64,000 bases of DNA from positions 384,001-448,000 of the forward strand of contig CAVVUS010000011.1 of the NCBI GenBank assembly GCA_963751345.1, read 5' to 3'. Positions 30,780 through 42,964 of the stretch are shown here, piece by piece (the first letter of the stretch is position 1; each line of letters starts with the position of its first letter). A program made the translations under genes and the position numbers. Below the pieces are notes generated by a model. The model did not search any database. It had not been told where the DNA came from and saw nothing but the letters and a program-made list of their open reading frames with translations. Origin of the DNA: an uncultured Chloroflexia bacterium. GTDB taxonomy: Bacteria; Chloroflexota; Anaerolineae; B4-G1; SLSP01.

Positions 30780-33326
30780 ATGCGGGGGGGCCTGGGCCGG
30801 ACGCTGCTGACTGCGTTTCTGATCCTCACGATTCTTCCTTTGGTCGTTATCGGCGGCTATGCAGTCCGCCAGAACCGGATGAACCTCGAACACGAGGTCG
30901 CATCTCGGCTGCTCTCTGTGGCCGCCGTCGAAGGCCAGACGTTGTCGCGTTGGCTCGATCAACTGGAGACCTCGCTCTCGACTGTTGTGCTGGTCGAAGC
31001 GAGCCGTGGTGTGCGAGATGCCGAGGCGTCGGGCTATGCGACGTGGTGGTCGGCGCAGCAACGGCAGGTGTCGGGGCTCACCGGGATGGTCGTGCTGGGA
31101 GATGCAGGTGCGGGCGCGACGCCCAGTCCGCTGGGCGCCTCGTCCAGTCCGCTGGGCGCATTCACCCCGGCAGTCCTCTGGCAGACCGGGGCGTGTCGAC
31201 CGGCTGCGGAGGCCATCACGCCTGAGCTACCTGACCTGATTTCCGCTGCACGCAAGGCTCAGCCCTCGGTCTCCCGTCAGGTCGTCGCCTTCGATCCGGG
31301 CACGGCTGGGCCAGAAGCGGGCTTGGCGGTCGTCGTGGGAGCAGCGGAGAACACCATCACCAACGGCGGGTGGCGGGCCGCTGTCTTGTGCGTCGATGCA
31401 GCAGCCGTCCAGGACGTCCTGCAAACTGGGGCGGGGATTGGCGAGACCGGGCGCGTCAGGCTCGTTCACGGATCGGTCGTATGGCCTGGCGGCGAGCCAA
31501 GCGTCATGCCTGCAGTTGCCCTGGCGAGCGACCGTGGCGATGGCGGACGGCCGCTCGGCAGCTACCAGGATCAGGATGGCACCCAGGTCGTCGGTGCATG
31601 GTACCCGCTCCCCGATCTTGGGGGGGGCATCCTGGTCGAGCAGTCTCAGGCCGAGATCACGCAGTCAACCGATAGTATAGCGGCGACCCTGATTGCGCTC
31701 ATCCTCGGCGTCGCCCTCGGTACGACCGCGATTGCGGCGGTCGTGATACGGCAGATCACGCGCCCCGTGATCGACCTGACCGAGTCGGCGGTGGCGATGG
31801 CCGAGGGTGACCTTGACCAGCACCTGTCCGTGCGCTCGCGGGACGAGATCGGGATTCTGACGTACGTCTTCAACGACATGGCGGCGCAGCTGAAGTCGCT
31901 GTACGAGGATCTGGAGGCGAAGGTTGTCGAGCGAACCAGGCGGCTCCAGGAGGCCAACACCCAGATTCAGCGGCGCGCGCTCCATCTGCAGGCGAGCCAA
32001 GAGGTCAGCCAGGCGATCACGTCCATTCGCGACCCGGAGCTGCTGCTGATGCAGGTGACCGACCTGATACGGAACCACTTCGTCTATGGGGCCGTGGCTG
32101 TCTACCTTGTCCCACCCGGAGGCGGAGAGGCGCGACTGCAGGCGCATGCGCCTCAGACGGCGGCGCCTCAGACAGCGACGCCTCAGACAGGGGCGCTCGA
32201 GACGGCCTCCCTCCCCCCGCGCGGGAGCGTTGGGGAGGGGGCGTGGCCGGCGACGGTTCACATCGGCGACAGCTCGGTGGTCGCGGCGACCCTGCGGGCA
32301 GGGACGGCCACCGTCCACAACGAGCCGGCACTCGGCGAACACGACTGGTATGCCCGGATGCTCAGCAGGGCGGCCGTCCCGCTAAAGATGGAGGACCGCG
32401 TCGTCGGCGCTATCGCGGTCACGGCGACGGTTCACGAAGGCATCGAGCAGGACGAGCTGGAGGTACTGGAGGTGCTGGCGAATCAGGTGACCATTGCGCT
32501 GGAGAACGCCCGGACGTATGAGCGCGAGCGTCAGGCGATAGCGCAGCTTGAGGAGGCCGAGGCTTTCAAGGCCCGCTTCCTGGCGAATATGTCGCATGAG
32601 CTGATGGAACCTCTGAACACGATCCTCGGGTTCTCCCGCTTGCTCATCAAAGGCGTGGAGGGTCCGCTGAATCAACGTCAGCAGGAGGACCTGGAGCAGA
32701 TCCACGGTGACAGCCAGCACTTGCTGGATTCCATCAGGGATATACTATCTATCTCACAGATAGAAGCCGGCCTGCTGGAACTGCGGCTGCAGCCCGTCGA
32801 TCTCCGGGAGCTGGTCGCCGGCGTTGTGCCGACGGCAAGCGCGCTGGTTCGGGGGCGAGCGATCGAGCTCAAGTACGATGTACCTGCGGATCTGCCGCGG
32901 CTTCGCGCGGATCCTTCTCGTCTGCGGCAGGTGCTGGTTCATCTGCTCAACAACTCGGCCAAGTTCACGGAATCGGGCGAAATCAGACTTCGGGCATGGT
33001 CCGCTGGAGGGACTGGGCGACTTCAGCCGGACGTGGACGGCCGTTGCGTGATCTTTGTCAGCGTGAGCGATACGGGTATCGGCATTCCTGCCGAGGATCG
33101 GGAGCGCATCTTTTCGCAGTTTGAGAAGGGGGGCAAGCGTGCCCGGACGGCGGCCGGCAGCGGGGCGGGCCTGGGCCTTGCGCTCTGCCGCGAGTTTGTG
33201 GCGCTCCACGGCGGTCGAATGTGGGTGGATAGCGAGGTAGGGGTGGGGAGCGTCTTCACGTTCTCCGTACCGGCATACTGCGACGCGGAAGAGGGAAGTG
33301 CCGCTCCCGGTGCAGGCGTGGCCTGA
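30780..33326 (+). CDS. membrane sensor histidine kinase (TM-Cache-like-TM-HAMP-GAF-HisKA-HATPase)
   Basis: HAMP ITRPV...DEIGIL..FNDM; GAF ending ANQVTIALENAR; H-box FLANMSHELMEPL; LLNNSAKFT, DTGIGI and GAGLGLA. Confidence 0.9.
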   Translation: MRGGLGRTLLTAFLILTILPLVVIGGYAVRQNRMNLEHEVASRLLSVAAVEGQTLSRWLDQLETSLSTVVLVEASRGVRDAEASGYATWWSAQQRQVSGLTGMVVLGDAGAGATPSPLGASSSPLGAFTPAVLWQTGACRPAAEAITPELPDLISAARKAQPSVSRQVVAFDPGTAGPEAGLAVVVGAAENTITNGGWRAAVLCVDAAAVQDVLQTGAGIGETGRVRLVHGSVVWPGGEPSVMPAVALASDRGDGGRPLGSYQDQDGTQVVGAWYPLPDLGGGILVEQSQAEITQSTDSIAATLIALILGVALGTTAIAAVVIRQITRPVIDLTESAVAMAEGDLDQHLSVRSRDEIGILTYVFNDMAAQLKSLYEDLEAKVVERTRRLQEANTQIQRRALHLQASQEVSQAITSIRDPELLLMQVTDLIRNHFVYGAVAVYLVPPGGGEARLQAHAPQTAAPQTATPQTGALETASLPPRGSVGEGAWPATVHIGDSSVVAATLRAGTATVHNEPALGEHDWYARMLSRAAVPLKMEDRVVGAIAVTATVHEGIEQDELEVLEVLANQVTIALENARTYERERQAIAQLEEAEAFKARFLANMSHELMEPLNTILGFSRLLIKGVEGPLNQRQQEDLEQIHGDSQHLLDSIRDILSISQIEAGLLELRLQPVDLRELVAGVVPTASALVRGRAIELKYDVPADLPRLRADPSRLRQVLVHLLNNSAKFTESGEIRLRAWSAGGTGRLQPDVDGRCVIFVSVSDTGIGIPAEDRERIFSQFEKGGKRARTAAGSGAGLGLALCREFVALHGGRMWVDSEVGVGSVFTFSVPAYCDAEEGSAAPGAGVA
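31120..31162. repeat. 21-nt hairpin tandem (CCAG-TCCG-CTGG family) in the kinase periplasmic domain
   Basis: gcccagtccgctgggcgcctc and gtccagtccgctgggcgcatt. Confidence 0.8.
32148..32207 (+). repeat. 15-nt tandem array, GCGCCTCAGACGGCG family
   Basis: Encodes APQTA APQTA TPQTG ALETA inside a GAF loop. Confidence 0.85.
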
Positions 33327-33376
33327 GGGGCGACGTGTGGGGTCCGTTCGTAGGTTTCCGGAGAGGCTAAGCATAG

Positions 33377-35375
33377 ATGGCCAAGCGGAGTAACAGGGAT
33401 CGGGAACTGAGGGCATCGTCGCCGGGCCGCGCGTCGCGCAGCCTGCTGCCTGCGATGCTACGTTTGAGTCGAGTCGCAACGCTACTCGCGTTCGTCGTGA
33501 TCTGCGCGTCGATCCTGATGTTCTATCGCGACATGTTGGCCTGGGCCATCCCTCTTGGCGTCATCGGTTTGGTGCTCGCAATCATCGGGGGAACGCTGAC
33601 GCAGAGCCTCCTCATCCCGAAGCTCGCGGCACAGTTGTTCTCAGCACAGAGCAGCTTCCGCTCCGCGCTTGATGATCGCGCGGCGCTGGCGAGTCAGGTC
33701 GCCGGGCTACGGGACGATCGGGATGAGCTGAAGCAGCGTCTCCTGGCGCTGGAGGATGTGCCTGCGCCTCAGACGGCATCCGCGCCTCAGACGGCATCCG
33801 CGCTTCAGACGGAGGCCGCGCCGCAGACGGCGTCCGCGTCGCAGACGGCGTCCGCGTCACGCGATGCCGGATGCCTCCGGGCAGGGGAAACGCGCCGGGG
33901 CTGCGCCGCACGGGACAGCTGCCGCCCCCGATGGGGCGGATGAGATACTGCGATGGGCCGGCAGATTGGCCACCTCAAGAAGCATCTCGGCTCTCTATGG
34001 GGTTGTCAACGAAGCTATGCAGGGCAGCCGGCCGGCGCGCGTGCTCATCGTCTCGGGGAGCGCCAACAGCCAGGGCGGTCAGGCGATCGACGCCGGTATG
34101 GCCGTCGTGAGCGATGTGCAGGACGGTGGTCAGGTCGCGCCCTCGGCTGGCTCGCATCGTGATGATCTATCCTTGATGGCCGTGCATCCGCCCCAACTGG
34201 CTGACCTGATCCTGCTCGGATCGGGACTCTCCCAACCATTGTGGGTCGAGGATCTGTCCTGCGTCGATCCCGTATTGAGCCCCGAACTCGGCGAAGCGCT
34301 CGTCGGCTTGCGGGAGACCACCCTCTTTGGGGCGTTGGCGCTGATTCCGATGCGTGTCGACCTGCAGCGAGAATCTGGAAGCCCGGGGGACCCTTCACTG
34401 AAAGGGGGCGCTTTGCCCCTGGCGCGGGGGGCGGTTATTGCTCTGTTCGGGGCTGCCCACACGTTCGGGCCGGATGAACGTCGGCTCCACGAGTTGATCG
34501 GCGGTGTGTTCGGCGTCACGTTGGAGCGGATGCGCTCGCTGAGCGACACCCGTGCCGGCCTGATACGGCAGAACGATCTGTCGACGATGGGGCGCAAGAT
34601 CCGCCGTGCCACCGGCGCGGATGCCATCCTGCGGATTTCGGTGCAGGAGCTGAGCCTGGCATTGGGGGCATCCCGCGCGGAGATCCGTCTTGACCCGCAG
34701 GCAACTCGCGACGTGATGGGGTACCTTCCTGCAGACGGCTCTGGTGGCCTTCACGTCGTCGTCGCGTCCGGTGCTGGGGTCCCATCTTGTGCTTGGGTCA
34801 CGGACCTGGGCGATGGATGTTGCGAGCTGTGTGCTCCCATCGTGGTGGCGGACCGAACTCTCGGGTCGATCGTCTTTGAGCAAGATCCCGGTGATGAACC
34901 CTGGGGCACGGCGGATGCTGCTCTGGTCGATCACGCGTGCGAAGAGATCGGTCAGGCACTGGGATATGTCCGGCACCTGGAGGAGATGCAGAGCCGTACC
35001 AACTACGAGCACTTGGGCAGGGAGATCGGCGAGCGTCTGCGCGCCGGTGACGGGGCCTCGCTGCGTCTTGGTGGCGACGGTCGCGGTCCGGACGGGGCAT
35101 CCCCCCGACTCTACCGTGACGGGAACACAGCCGCGATGGACGTCGATCGCATTCTGCGGGCCACGCTGGGTGAGTTGGCCTCCGCACTTGGGGCCACCGG
35201 GACGATCACGCTTCATGCACCTGACGGCTGGGTGACGAGCGCCGCAGGGACGGGCGACGAGCCCCGTGTGGGTGAAGCCACCCCGGGCGCGCAGGCCGGC
35301 GGTAGTGACGCAGACGGGGCACAGCCTCCTAGCTTCGACGACGATGGTAGCGGTCCGGATGGAGGCGTGTCGTGA
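33377..35375 (+). CDS. membrane-anchored protein with degenerate GAF domains and split-GAF tail (frameshift ~33865)
   Basis: Two N-terminal TMs and a coiled coil (33377..33943), then GAF-like segments and tail VDRILRATLGELASALG (33756..35375). Confidence 0.65.
33764..33858 (+). repeat. 18-nt tandem array x5, GCGCCTCAGACGGC family
   Basis: Encodes APQTAS APQTAS ALQTEA APQTAS ASQTAS. Confidence 0.9.
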
Positions 35376-36626
35376 TAGGGTCGCAGCCTCTGGCCATACT
35401 CGCTGTCACCGTCGGGGGTCTATGCCTCGTCCTGGCAATCATCATCTGGCGCCGGCAGGACCGCGCGAGGCACGCAGCTTACGAGGCGGCGTTGCGTCAG
35501 TCAGCCACGGCACTGCGGGATGTCGAGGCGTCAATCGATGCCCAAGTGCAGGCCAGGACCAGGGACCTCCGCCGGCGCTCCGATCTCTTCCGGGGCGCGG
35601 CTGCTGTGGCCAGGGATCTCACCGGGATGCACGACGAAGACGAGTTGATCCATTCTGTCGCCGAGATGATTTGCCGGCGCTTCGATATCGACCGGGCAGC
35701 AGTCTTTCTGACTCCCGGTGGGGTTGGGTGGTCTGCGGAGACGGTGCTCGTGCTAAAGGCCGTGTTCCCTCTGCAGGGACAGGCCTTGCAGGTTGGCGAC
35801 CTGGACCTGGGTGCTGGCCCGGAGAGCGCCGTCTGGGGGGCCTATCGGGAGGGTGAGCCACGGATCAACCACGGTATGGGATCCGAGATCGCGCTGCCAC
35901 TCAGGCTCCAGGACCATGGAGATGCGACAAGCGAGGCCGGGCATTCGCCCCGCTTCCCCAACAGGGGGGCGCGTCATCGGGGTTTTGGACATCCAGTCCG
36001 CGGAGCCCGGGGCGTTTAGCCGTGAAGACCTCGACGTGTTCGGCATCGTGGCCGATCAGCTCGCCTTGGCGATCGAGAACGCGAGTGCGCTCAATGCGTG
36101 CCGCCAGGCCGTCCAGCGGCTCGATATGGCCTACGATACACGGCTGGCGGCCATGTGGCGCGAATCGATAGTGCCCTGGCAGTATCGATTCGACGGTGTA
36201 GAGGTCCACCGTGTTGGTGTCGGCGAGGCCTACGGGGAGCGGGTGGAGCCTCGACCGACCCGCCCGCCGCAGCCCGCCGAGGGAGATTTGGTGGTGCCGC
36301 TATCGCTTCGGGGCCAGGTGATCGGCACGATCGCCCTGAGGCGGAACGGGGAGGCACCTGGATGGTCGCCGCAGGAGCGCGCGCTCGCAGCCTCTGTGGG
36401 CGCGCAGGCCGGGCAGGCCCTGGAGAGTGCACTGCTGCTCAGGGAGAGCCAGATGGCCTTGCTGAGCGAGCAAGCCGCTGAGCGTATCGCTTCCGGGATG
36501 CAGCGGACGCCGGATGTGGACGCGGTCATCCAGACGGCTATGCGAGACCTGCAGGCTCTGTTTGACCTAGAAGCGGTTGAGGTGCGTGTCGATCCGGCCT
36601 CGTCGGCCAAGGGGGAGGCGGGATGA
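35372..36626 (+). CDS. TM-coiled coil-GAF-split-GAF protein, no output domain (frameshift ~35960)
   Basis: SEIALPL / VIGVLDIQS...ADQLALAIENA; VVPLSLRGQVIG; tail DVDAVIQTAMRDL; GTGA overlap with the upstream gene. Confidence 0.8.
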
Positions 36627-38717
36627 GTCGCGAGACGACGCAGCCTAACCGTGGACCCGATCGGGCGTCGCTTCGTCTCTACAGAGGCGGGCGCGCGCCG
36701 ATAGTGGGCGGCGGGTCCCGATCCCTCGTACGTGGGTCGGTTCGCCACCGTCTTCGGACCATGTTGCTTGTCTCCGGTGCGGTGACACTTGCGGTCCTGG
36801 TGGCGTTTGCTGTATACACGCTGCTCATTGGCCGCCAGTTGCAGGTGGTTCTGGGGTTAACGAGTGTCTCCGATAGCGTAGCGGAGGCCTCAGAGCAGCT
36901 GGCATCGTCTCGCGCCGGTCTGCTTAGCTACGCCGGAGGCGTGGCCCCCACGCCGGATGAGGCTGTGGCGAGCCTGGATCGCGCCTCAAACCTCCTGGCA
37001 GAGTCTCGCGCCAACGCCGGTCAGGAGTTGGGTGCACAGATCGAGACCCTGCAGCAGGCTCTCGTGGATCATCGAGTTGAGCTGGCAGCGATAGTAGAAG
37101 CATCGCCCCTCAAAAACCCTGTCCCTGAGGGCGAGGGAGTTCTGGCGGCATCGCCCTTGGTGGACGAGGCGGTTGCGTCGAGCCTGGATCTCAACAACCG
37201 GATCGGGCGCGTGGCCGAGGATGTCCGGCAGGCATCGAATGTTGCCCACGCGATGCTGAGACAGCGAGTCTATCTGTTGGCGATGGTGATTCTGAGTCTG
37301 GCCTTTGTCGGCCTCGTCGGCGTCTCGCTCGTCTTCGCCAACACGACAGGGAGTATTGCCCGCGGGATCGAGGCCCTGCACGCCGGTGCCCAGCAAGTGG
37401 CACGCGGCCGGCAGGGCGTCACAATCCCCGTCGAGGGTGATGGTGAACTGGGCGCCGTGGCTGTGATGCTCAACAGGATGTCTTCGAGATTGGCCGTTCT
37501 GGGCAGTCCGGCATCCACGTCGGTGCCGTCCGTGGAGGCGAGGTTGCTTCCCAGCGTCACACGGGGTGCGCAAGCCAGGTCTATGGTGATGCAAGGCGTC
37601 ATTCGGGTCGGTCGCGCAATTGCCGGTCCCCTGGATCTGGCGACAGTCGAACACAGAGCGGCTGCGGAGATCCGCGACACGTTTCTCCTCGACTGGGCCG
37701 GGATCTACCTTGTGGCAGAGAACGGGCGGACGATCGAGTTGCGAGCGAGTGCGGGCGATGTGGGGGGCAATGCTGATCCACAGGAACGACGTCTGGCGAT
37801 CGGCCAGGGCCTGGTGGGAGGCTCTATCGCAGAGGACAAGCTTCGCGGGAGCGCGCTGGAGATGGCAGCCGCCACCGGTGCGGAGGAGTCGGAGCCCGCG
37901 TCGAGAGCCGAGCGGATCACGCGGGTAGCGATTCCCTTACGTGCAGGCGGGCGTGTCATAGGGGCATTGAGTCTGGTCCTCGATCAGGGGGGATCCCGTT
38001 CGACCTCCACTGCGGGCGGTCTCTCTCTCCCGGCGACCCTAGATGTGCTCGTCGCTGAGGCGCCCGATTTGCTCCAGGCGATGGCGGATCTGGTTGCCGG
38101 TGCCATTGAGAGCGCCCGGCGCTATGGGGCGTCGCCGTCGGCCTTGGCCCCTGGGGGCGAGACGTACCGCAGCTTCACCCGGGATGGATGGCGGCGCGTG
38201 TTCGGTGATCGGGCAGCCGAATACCAACTGACCGGGGCCGGCGCTGTGTCGCGCTCGGAAGGCCCATCGCAGCCCGAGCTGGAGCCTGCGAGGGTGTCGG
38301 GCGAGGTCGTGCGGGAAGGACGGACCGTAACCCTTCCCCTCTCGGTTCGGGGCGAGGCCATCGGGGCCGTGCGCCTGCGGAAGGAAGCCTCGAAGACATC
38401 GCCCGGCGAGATCGATCTGGACAGACCACGAGGTCGAGCTCGCGAGGACGATTGTGGCTCGGCTTGGCGTCGCCCTCGACAGCGCGCGGCTCTATCAGGA
38501 CGCGCAGTTGAGTCTGGCGCGGGAGCGTGCGGCGCGTGAGGTCGCGGATCATATGAGGAATACGCTCGACTGGGACGAGCTGATGCAGACAGCGGTTCGC
38601 GAGATCGGTCGTACGGTTCAGGCGTCGCGAGTTTTCGTGCAGTGGGTGCCGCCCGAGGCGGAGTCTGAACACTCCCCCAGTCCGACGACGACCTCCGCGC
38701 CGCAGTACGGCGTCTGA
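36623..38717 (+). CDS. TM-helical periplasmic-TM-HAMP-GAF-split-GAF protein, no output domain (frameshift ~38420)
   Basis: HAMP GELGAVAVMLNRM; GAF; LPLSVRGEAIG; tail DWDELMQTAVREIG; ATGA overlap. Confidence 0.8.
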
Positions 38718-38758
38718 GCCGCGTACGGCGTCCGAGCCGCGTACGGCGTCCGAGCCGC
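38705..38758. repeat. 18-nt tandem x3, stem-swapped variant CGGC-GTCYGA-GCCG
   Basis: (gtacggcgtcYgagccgc) x3; the first unit contains the upstream gene's TGA. Confidence 0.9.
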
Positions 38759-38783
38759 AGCCGCCTGGGATTGAGAGGGAGGT

Positions 38784-41211
38784 ATGAGCCCCGCGTCCGT
38801 TCTGGCTATAGCGCTGCGCGTGCTTGCGGCCGGGGCGGCGGCGGTCGTGATCTGGCTGCTCGTCCGAGCGGCGACCGTTCGTTGGCGCGTAGCGGGAATC
38901 CGGACCCGACTGGCGGTGATCTCGATCGCGTTGGTTCTGGCCGTCGCGGTGGCCGTAGGTGGTACCTCAGTCTTCGTCGGCGTTCGCGCCTCTCGACAGC
39001 GAGCTTTCGACCAGCTCGAGACAGCGGTGGTCCTGAAGCAGCAGGCGGTCGATAGCTGGGTCCATCAACTCTCGTTTGCCCTGGATTCCCTGGTCGTCGA
39101 GGACTATGAGGTCCAGCGAGCGCAGTCGGTACTCCTCGGGAATCTGCCTGAGGATTTCCGCGCGACCGCCCGCCAAGAGCTCAGGACGCGATTCCTCAGT
39201 GTCATCCACCGCACCCAGTGGTTCGACGAAATCTCTCTCGTCACCACCGACGGTGTGGTCGCGCTGTCCACGGATGCCGATCAACAGGGCCGGAATGTAA
39301 CGGGCGCACCGTATTTTGCCGAAGCGTTAACAGGCCCCTACATCACGCCCCCCTATTACGACCCGGTCGCCGGTGGGGCTACGGTCGTCTTCGCGCGACC
39401 ACTCCAACTCGGCAACTACGTCTATGGTATCCTCGCGGCACGTTCGAGTATGGATGGGTTGACGAGAATCACCGGTGGGATGGCTGGCACGGCGCCGGCG
39501 GCCCAGCTGGGGACGGAGGCCTCAGCCGGTAGTGCGACGTATCTTGTCGGGCGTGACTACATCCTGCTGACGGCGCCTGTGCTGGCGGGTGGGTACCTTC
39601 CGGTTCACAGCCCGGCTGTCGATGCGGCTGTAGGCAGTCACGTGACGCTGGGCCGCGGGACGTATACGAACCATCGGGGCATATCGGTCCTGGGTGTCTA
39701 CACCTGGGTACCCAGCCTTGGAGTTGGCCTTGTCGAGGAGCTGACGACCGCCGAGGTGTTGGCCGGTGCGCGGCAGACCTCATACGCCACCGTTGGTATA
39801 GCCGGGCTCGCCGCCTTGGCTGCTGTGCTGGCAACGCTCGTCTTCTCGCGCGGTATCACCAACCCACTGACGGATCTTGCCAGGACTGCCACCCGCATTG
39901 CGGAGGGCGATCTACAGCTTCAGGCCCCTATTGAACGCGAGGATGAGGTGGGTGCTGTGGCCGGGGCTTTCAACGCGATGACGGCGCAACTGCGTGATCT
40001 GATTAGCGATCTCGAACGCCGAGTAGAGGCGCGAACCCGCGGCCTGCAGGCCGTGGCCGAAGTCTCCCGGACGACGACGTCGGTGCTGGATCCGGAATTG
40101 CTCTTGCCCCAGGTGGTCAATCTGGTTCAGCAGCGGTTTGGACTCTACTACGTCGGGTTGTTCCTGTGGGCGCCCGCGCCGTCCGAGGCGCTTTCGCCGT
40201 CTGAGGCGCTTTCGCCGTCCCCTGCCCAATCGTACGCTGTCCTGCGTGCCGGAACGGGAGAGGCGGGCGCCACAATGCTGGCGCAGGGCTGGCGTCTGGC
40301 GGTCGGCGGCGAGTCGATGATCGGGCAGTGCCTTGCTACAGGCGAGCCATTCGTCCTACAGCGGCAGGAGGATAACGTCGTGCGCCTGGCGAATCCACTG
40401 CTCCCTGAGACGCGATCTGAGCTCGCGCTGCCGCTGCGCTACGGTGAGCGCGTGATCGGCGCAATGACCGTTCAGAGTACTGAGGAGGCTGCTTTCGGTG
40501 AGTCCGACATCTCTGTGTTCCAGAACCTCGCCGACCAGGTGGCCGTGGCGGTGCAGAACGCCCAGTTGTTCGCCGAAACCCAGGCTGCGCTGGATCGCGC
40601 TCGTCGCCTCCAACGGCGGTACCAGACTCGGGCGTGGTCCGACTATCTGAGTGACCTGGACGTCACCGGTTACGAACTACGCGCCTCGGACGGCGTAGGC
40701 GCCTCGGACGGCGTGCGGACGCCTCGGACGGGGCGAAGCCGCATACCGGCGACAACGGTCACACTGGAGACGCCGGGGGGGACGACTGACCCGATTGACG
40801 CAAGGAATCCTTCCGGAGGTCCGCGAGGGCTTGGCCCTGGATCACCCGGTTGCCCAGGGCTCCCAGTTACGTATACCCCTTCGGCAGGGCGGGCAGGTCG
40901 TGGGGTTGATGGGCATTGAGCGGGCGTCGGGATGGCAGGAGGACGAGATCGAGCTGGTCCAAGGCCTGGTTGAGCAGCTCACTTTGGCCGCCGAGAATCA
41001 GCGGCTGCTTGACGATGTGAGTAGTCGCGCGGCGATGGAGAGAACCATCAGTGAGATCACATCTCGGGTCCGCGCCGAAATCGAGATAGAGTCGGTGCTG
41101 GAGCGGGCGCTGGCCGAATTGGCGAGGGCGTTGGATGCCGAGCACGGCGTGGCATTGCTGGAGCTCAACGGGTCGCCGGCCGACGGTTCGGATGGGGAGG
41201 ACAGCGCATGA
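38784..41211 (+). CDS. dCache-like-HAMP-GAF-split-GAF protein, no output domain (frameshift ~40720-40800)
   Basis: Cache-like periplasmic domain; HAMP DEVGAVAGAFNAM; GAF NPLLPETRSELALPL; tail IESVLERALAELARAL. Confidence 0.85.
40177..40220 (-). repeat. 18-nt tandem, GCGCCTC(A/G)GACGGCG family, reverse orientation
   Basis: (cgccgtcYgaggcgcttt) x2.4; encodes PSEALS in a GAF loop. Confidence 0.85.
40681..40732 (+). repeat. tandem GCGCCTCGGACGGCG x3
   Basis: Read in a different frame as ASDGVG ASDGV. Confidence 0.85.
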
Positions 41212-42960
41212 CCGGGCGGATGGCACGCAGTCAGGTGTCTGAGCGCTTGCGACGGCTGTTCGCGGTCGATGTCTCCGGGAATGGGGCTGAGGGCGCCACG
41301 ACTGAGCGATGCCAGACTTGGAGCCCTCGTGACCACCCTTTCCGCGATGGGTTTCCTGATCGCCGGGGCACTGCTGATCATCGTGGAGGTCGGCCGGCGT
41401 CGGGGCTACTTCGGGTCGGGACGCCAGGTGCTCGTCACGTCCCTCTTTCCCCTGGCCTTTCTGCCGCTCTCGGTCTACTGCTTTGCATTGGCCAAACGGG
41501 GTCACGTGCGCGGCGCTGCGAGGGTCTACGCGTGGACGACCTTCGTCGCGATTGTGCTTGCTGCCGCGCTGTTCAACGGCTACCTGTCGGCAACGTGGAT
41601 ACTGGTGTTCTGGCCCCTGGCGCTGGCGGGCAGTCTGCTGAGCCCGATCCGCGCAGTTCAGTTTGCTGTGGCTGCATTGGCTGCCTATGGCGGGATCTAT
41701 GTGGTCGAACGGGCCGGGTGGTACCGGCCCCCCTTGCCGACCGCACCCGCCGGATTCTCCTTTTTTGCGCTGTCGTTCGGTTGGCTGATGCTCGCCATCG
41801 CCGCGGGCATGGTGAACTACCTGCACGGGCGAAGCCTGCAGGGCACGCTGACCGAGCTCCGCGAGACCTCACGCGACCTGGAGGTCGCCCGACGCGACCT
41901 GGTCGTGCGGGTGGAACAGCGCACGGCAGAACTCAGCAGGCGTGCCGAGCAGTTCAGGGCGATTGCCGAGTTATCGCAGGCGGCGGCTGCGATCCGGGAT
42001 CCGGATGAACTTCTCACGGCAGCAGCAGCATTGATCTCGCGAGAGCTGGACTTCTACCACGTAGGGATCTTCATGCTCGATGGCGGGTGGGCGGTGCTGC
42101 GCGCCGCATCGTCGGAGGGTGGCCAACGGATGCTCGCGCGAGGACACCGCCTCAGGATTGGGCAGCAAGGCATCGTCGGCTATGTTGCGGAGATGGAGAC
42201 GTCCCGCTATGCGTTCAACGTCGGAGATGACGCGGTGTGGTTCAACAATCCCGACTTGCCGAGCACCAAGTCCGAGATCGCCCTGCCGCTGATCATCGGC
42301 GCACGCATCAGGGGAGTGTTGGATATCCAGACGGAGGTGCCGGTCGCATTTGGTGACGAGGATGTCAAGGTGTTGCGCGTCCTTGCCGACGGTATCGCCA
42401 TCGCAATCCAGAACGCACGATCGTTGCAGGAGATCCAGGCTGCGATGGAGCGCTTGGAGCGCTACCAGACGACCGATGTGCTGCAGGCCTGGCGTCGCAC
42501 CCTGGCTCGCAAGGATCTGCGGGTGGGTTACGTCTACACGGATGGGGAGACGATGCGACGCCCGTCCGGCGCAGACCGGCAGCCCAATCACGCGGACGGC
42601 ATCGCGGACGTGACTCAACAGACCACCGAGGACGGTAGCTATCTCCTGCTGGCCCCGGTTCGGGCGGCTGGACGAGACGTCGGGGTGATGTCGTTCGAGC
42701 GAAGCACCCCGTGGAGCGCCGAGGCTATGCAACTGGTCCGAGCCGTCGTGGCACAGCTCGATCTGGCGCTGGAAAACGCCCGACTGTTGGAGGAGACACG
42801 CCGCAGGGCAATGCAAGAGGCAGCGCGTGGCGAGATCGTCGGACGGATCCGGGCGACCGCGAGCACGGATGCTATCCTGCGAAACGCTGCGGAAGAGCTG
42901 GGCCGTGCCCTGCAGGTCGAACGCAGTCGTATTCAGTTGGTGCCGCCCGAGGAGATGTGA
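41208..42960 (+). CDS. multi-TM-GAF-split-GAF protein, no output domain (start 41208 with an early frameshift, or ~41269-41281)
   Basis: About 5-6 TMs; GAF FYHVGIFML...GHRLRIG...NPDLPSTKSEIALPL; tail TDAILRNAAEELGRAL. Confidence 0.85.
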
Positions 42961-42964
42961 GGTC

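Noticed and set aside
33764-33858. Tandem arrays as mini-CRISPR
   Set aside because: Units are 15-21 nt with 0-6 nt near-constant linkers, there are no unique spacers and no cas genes.
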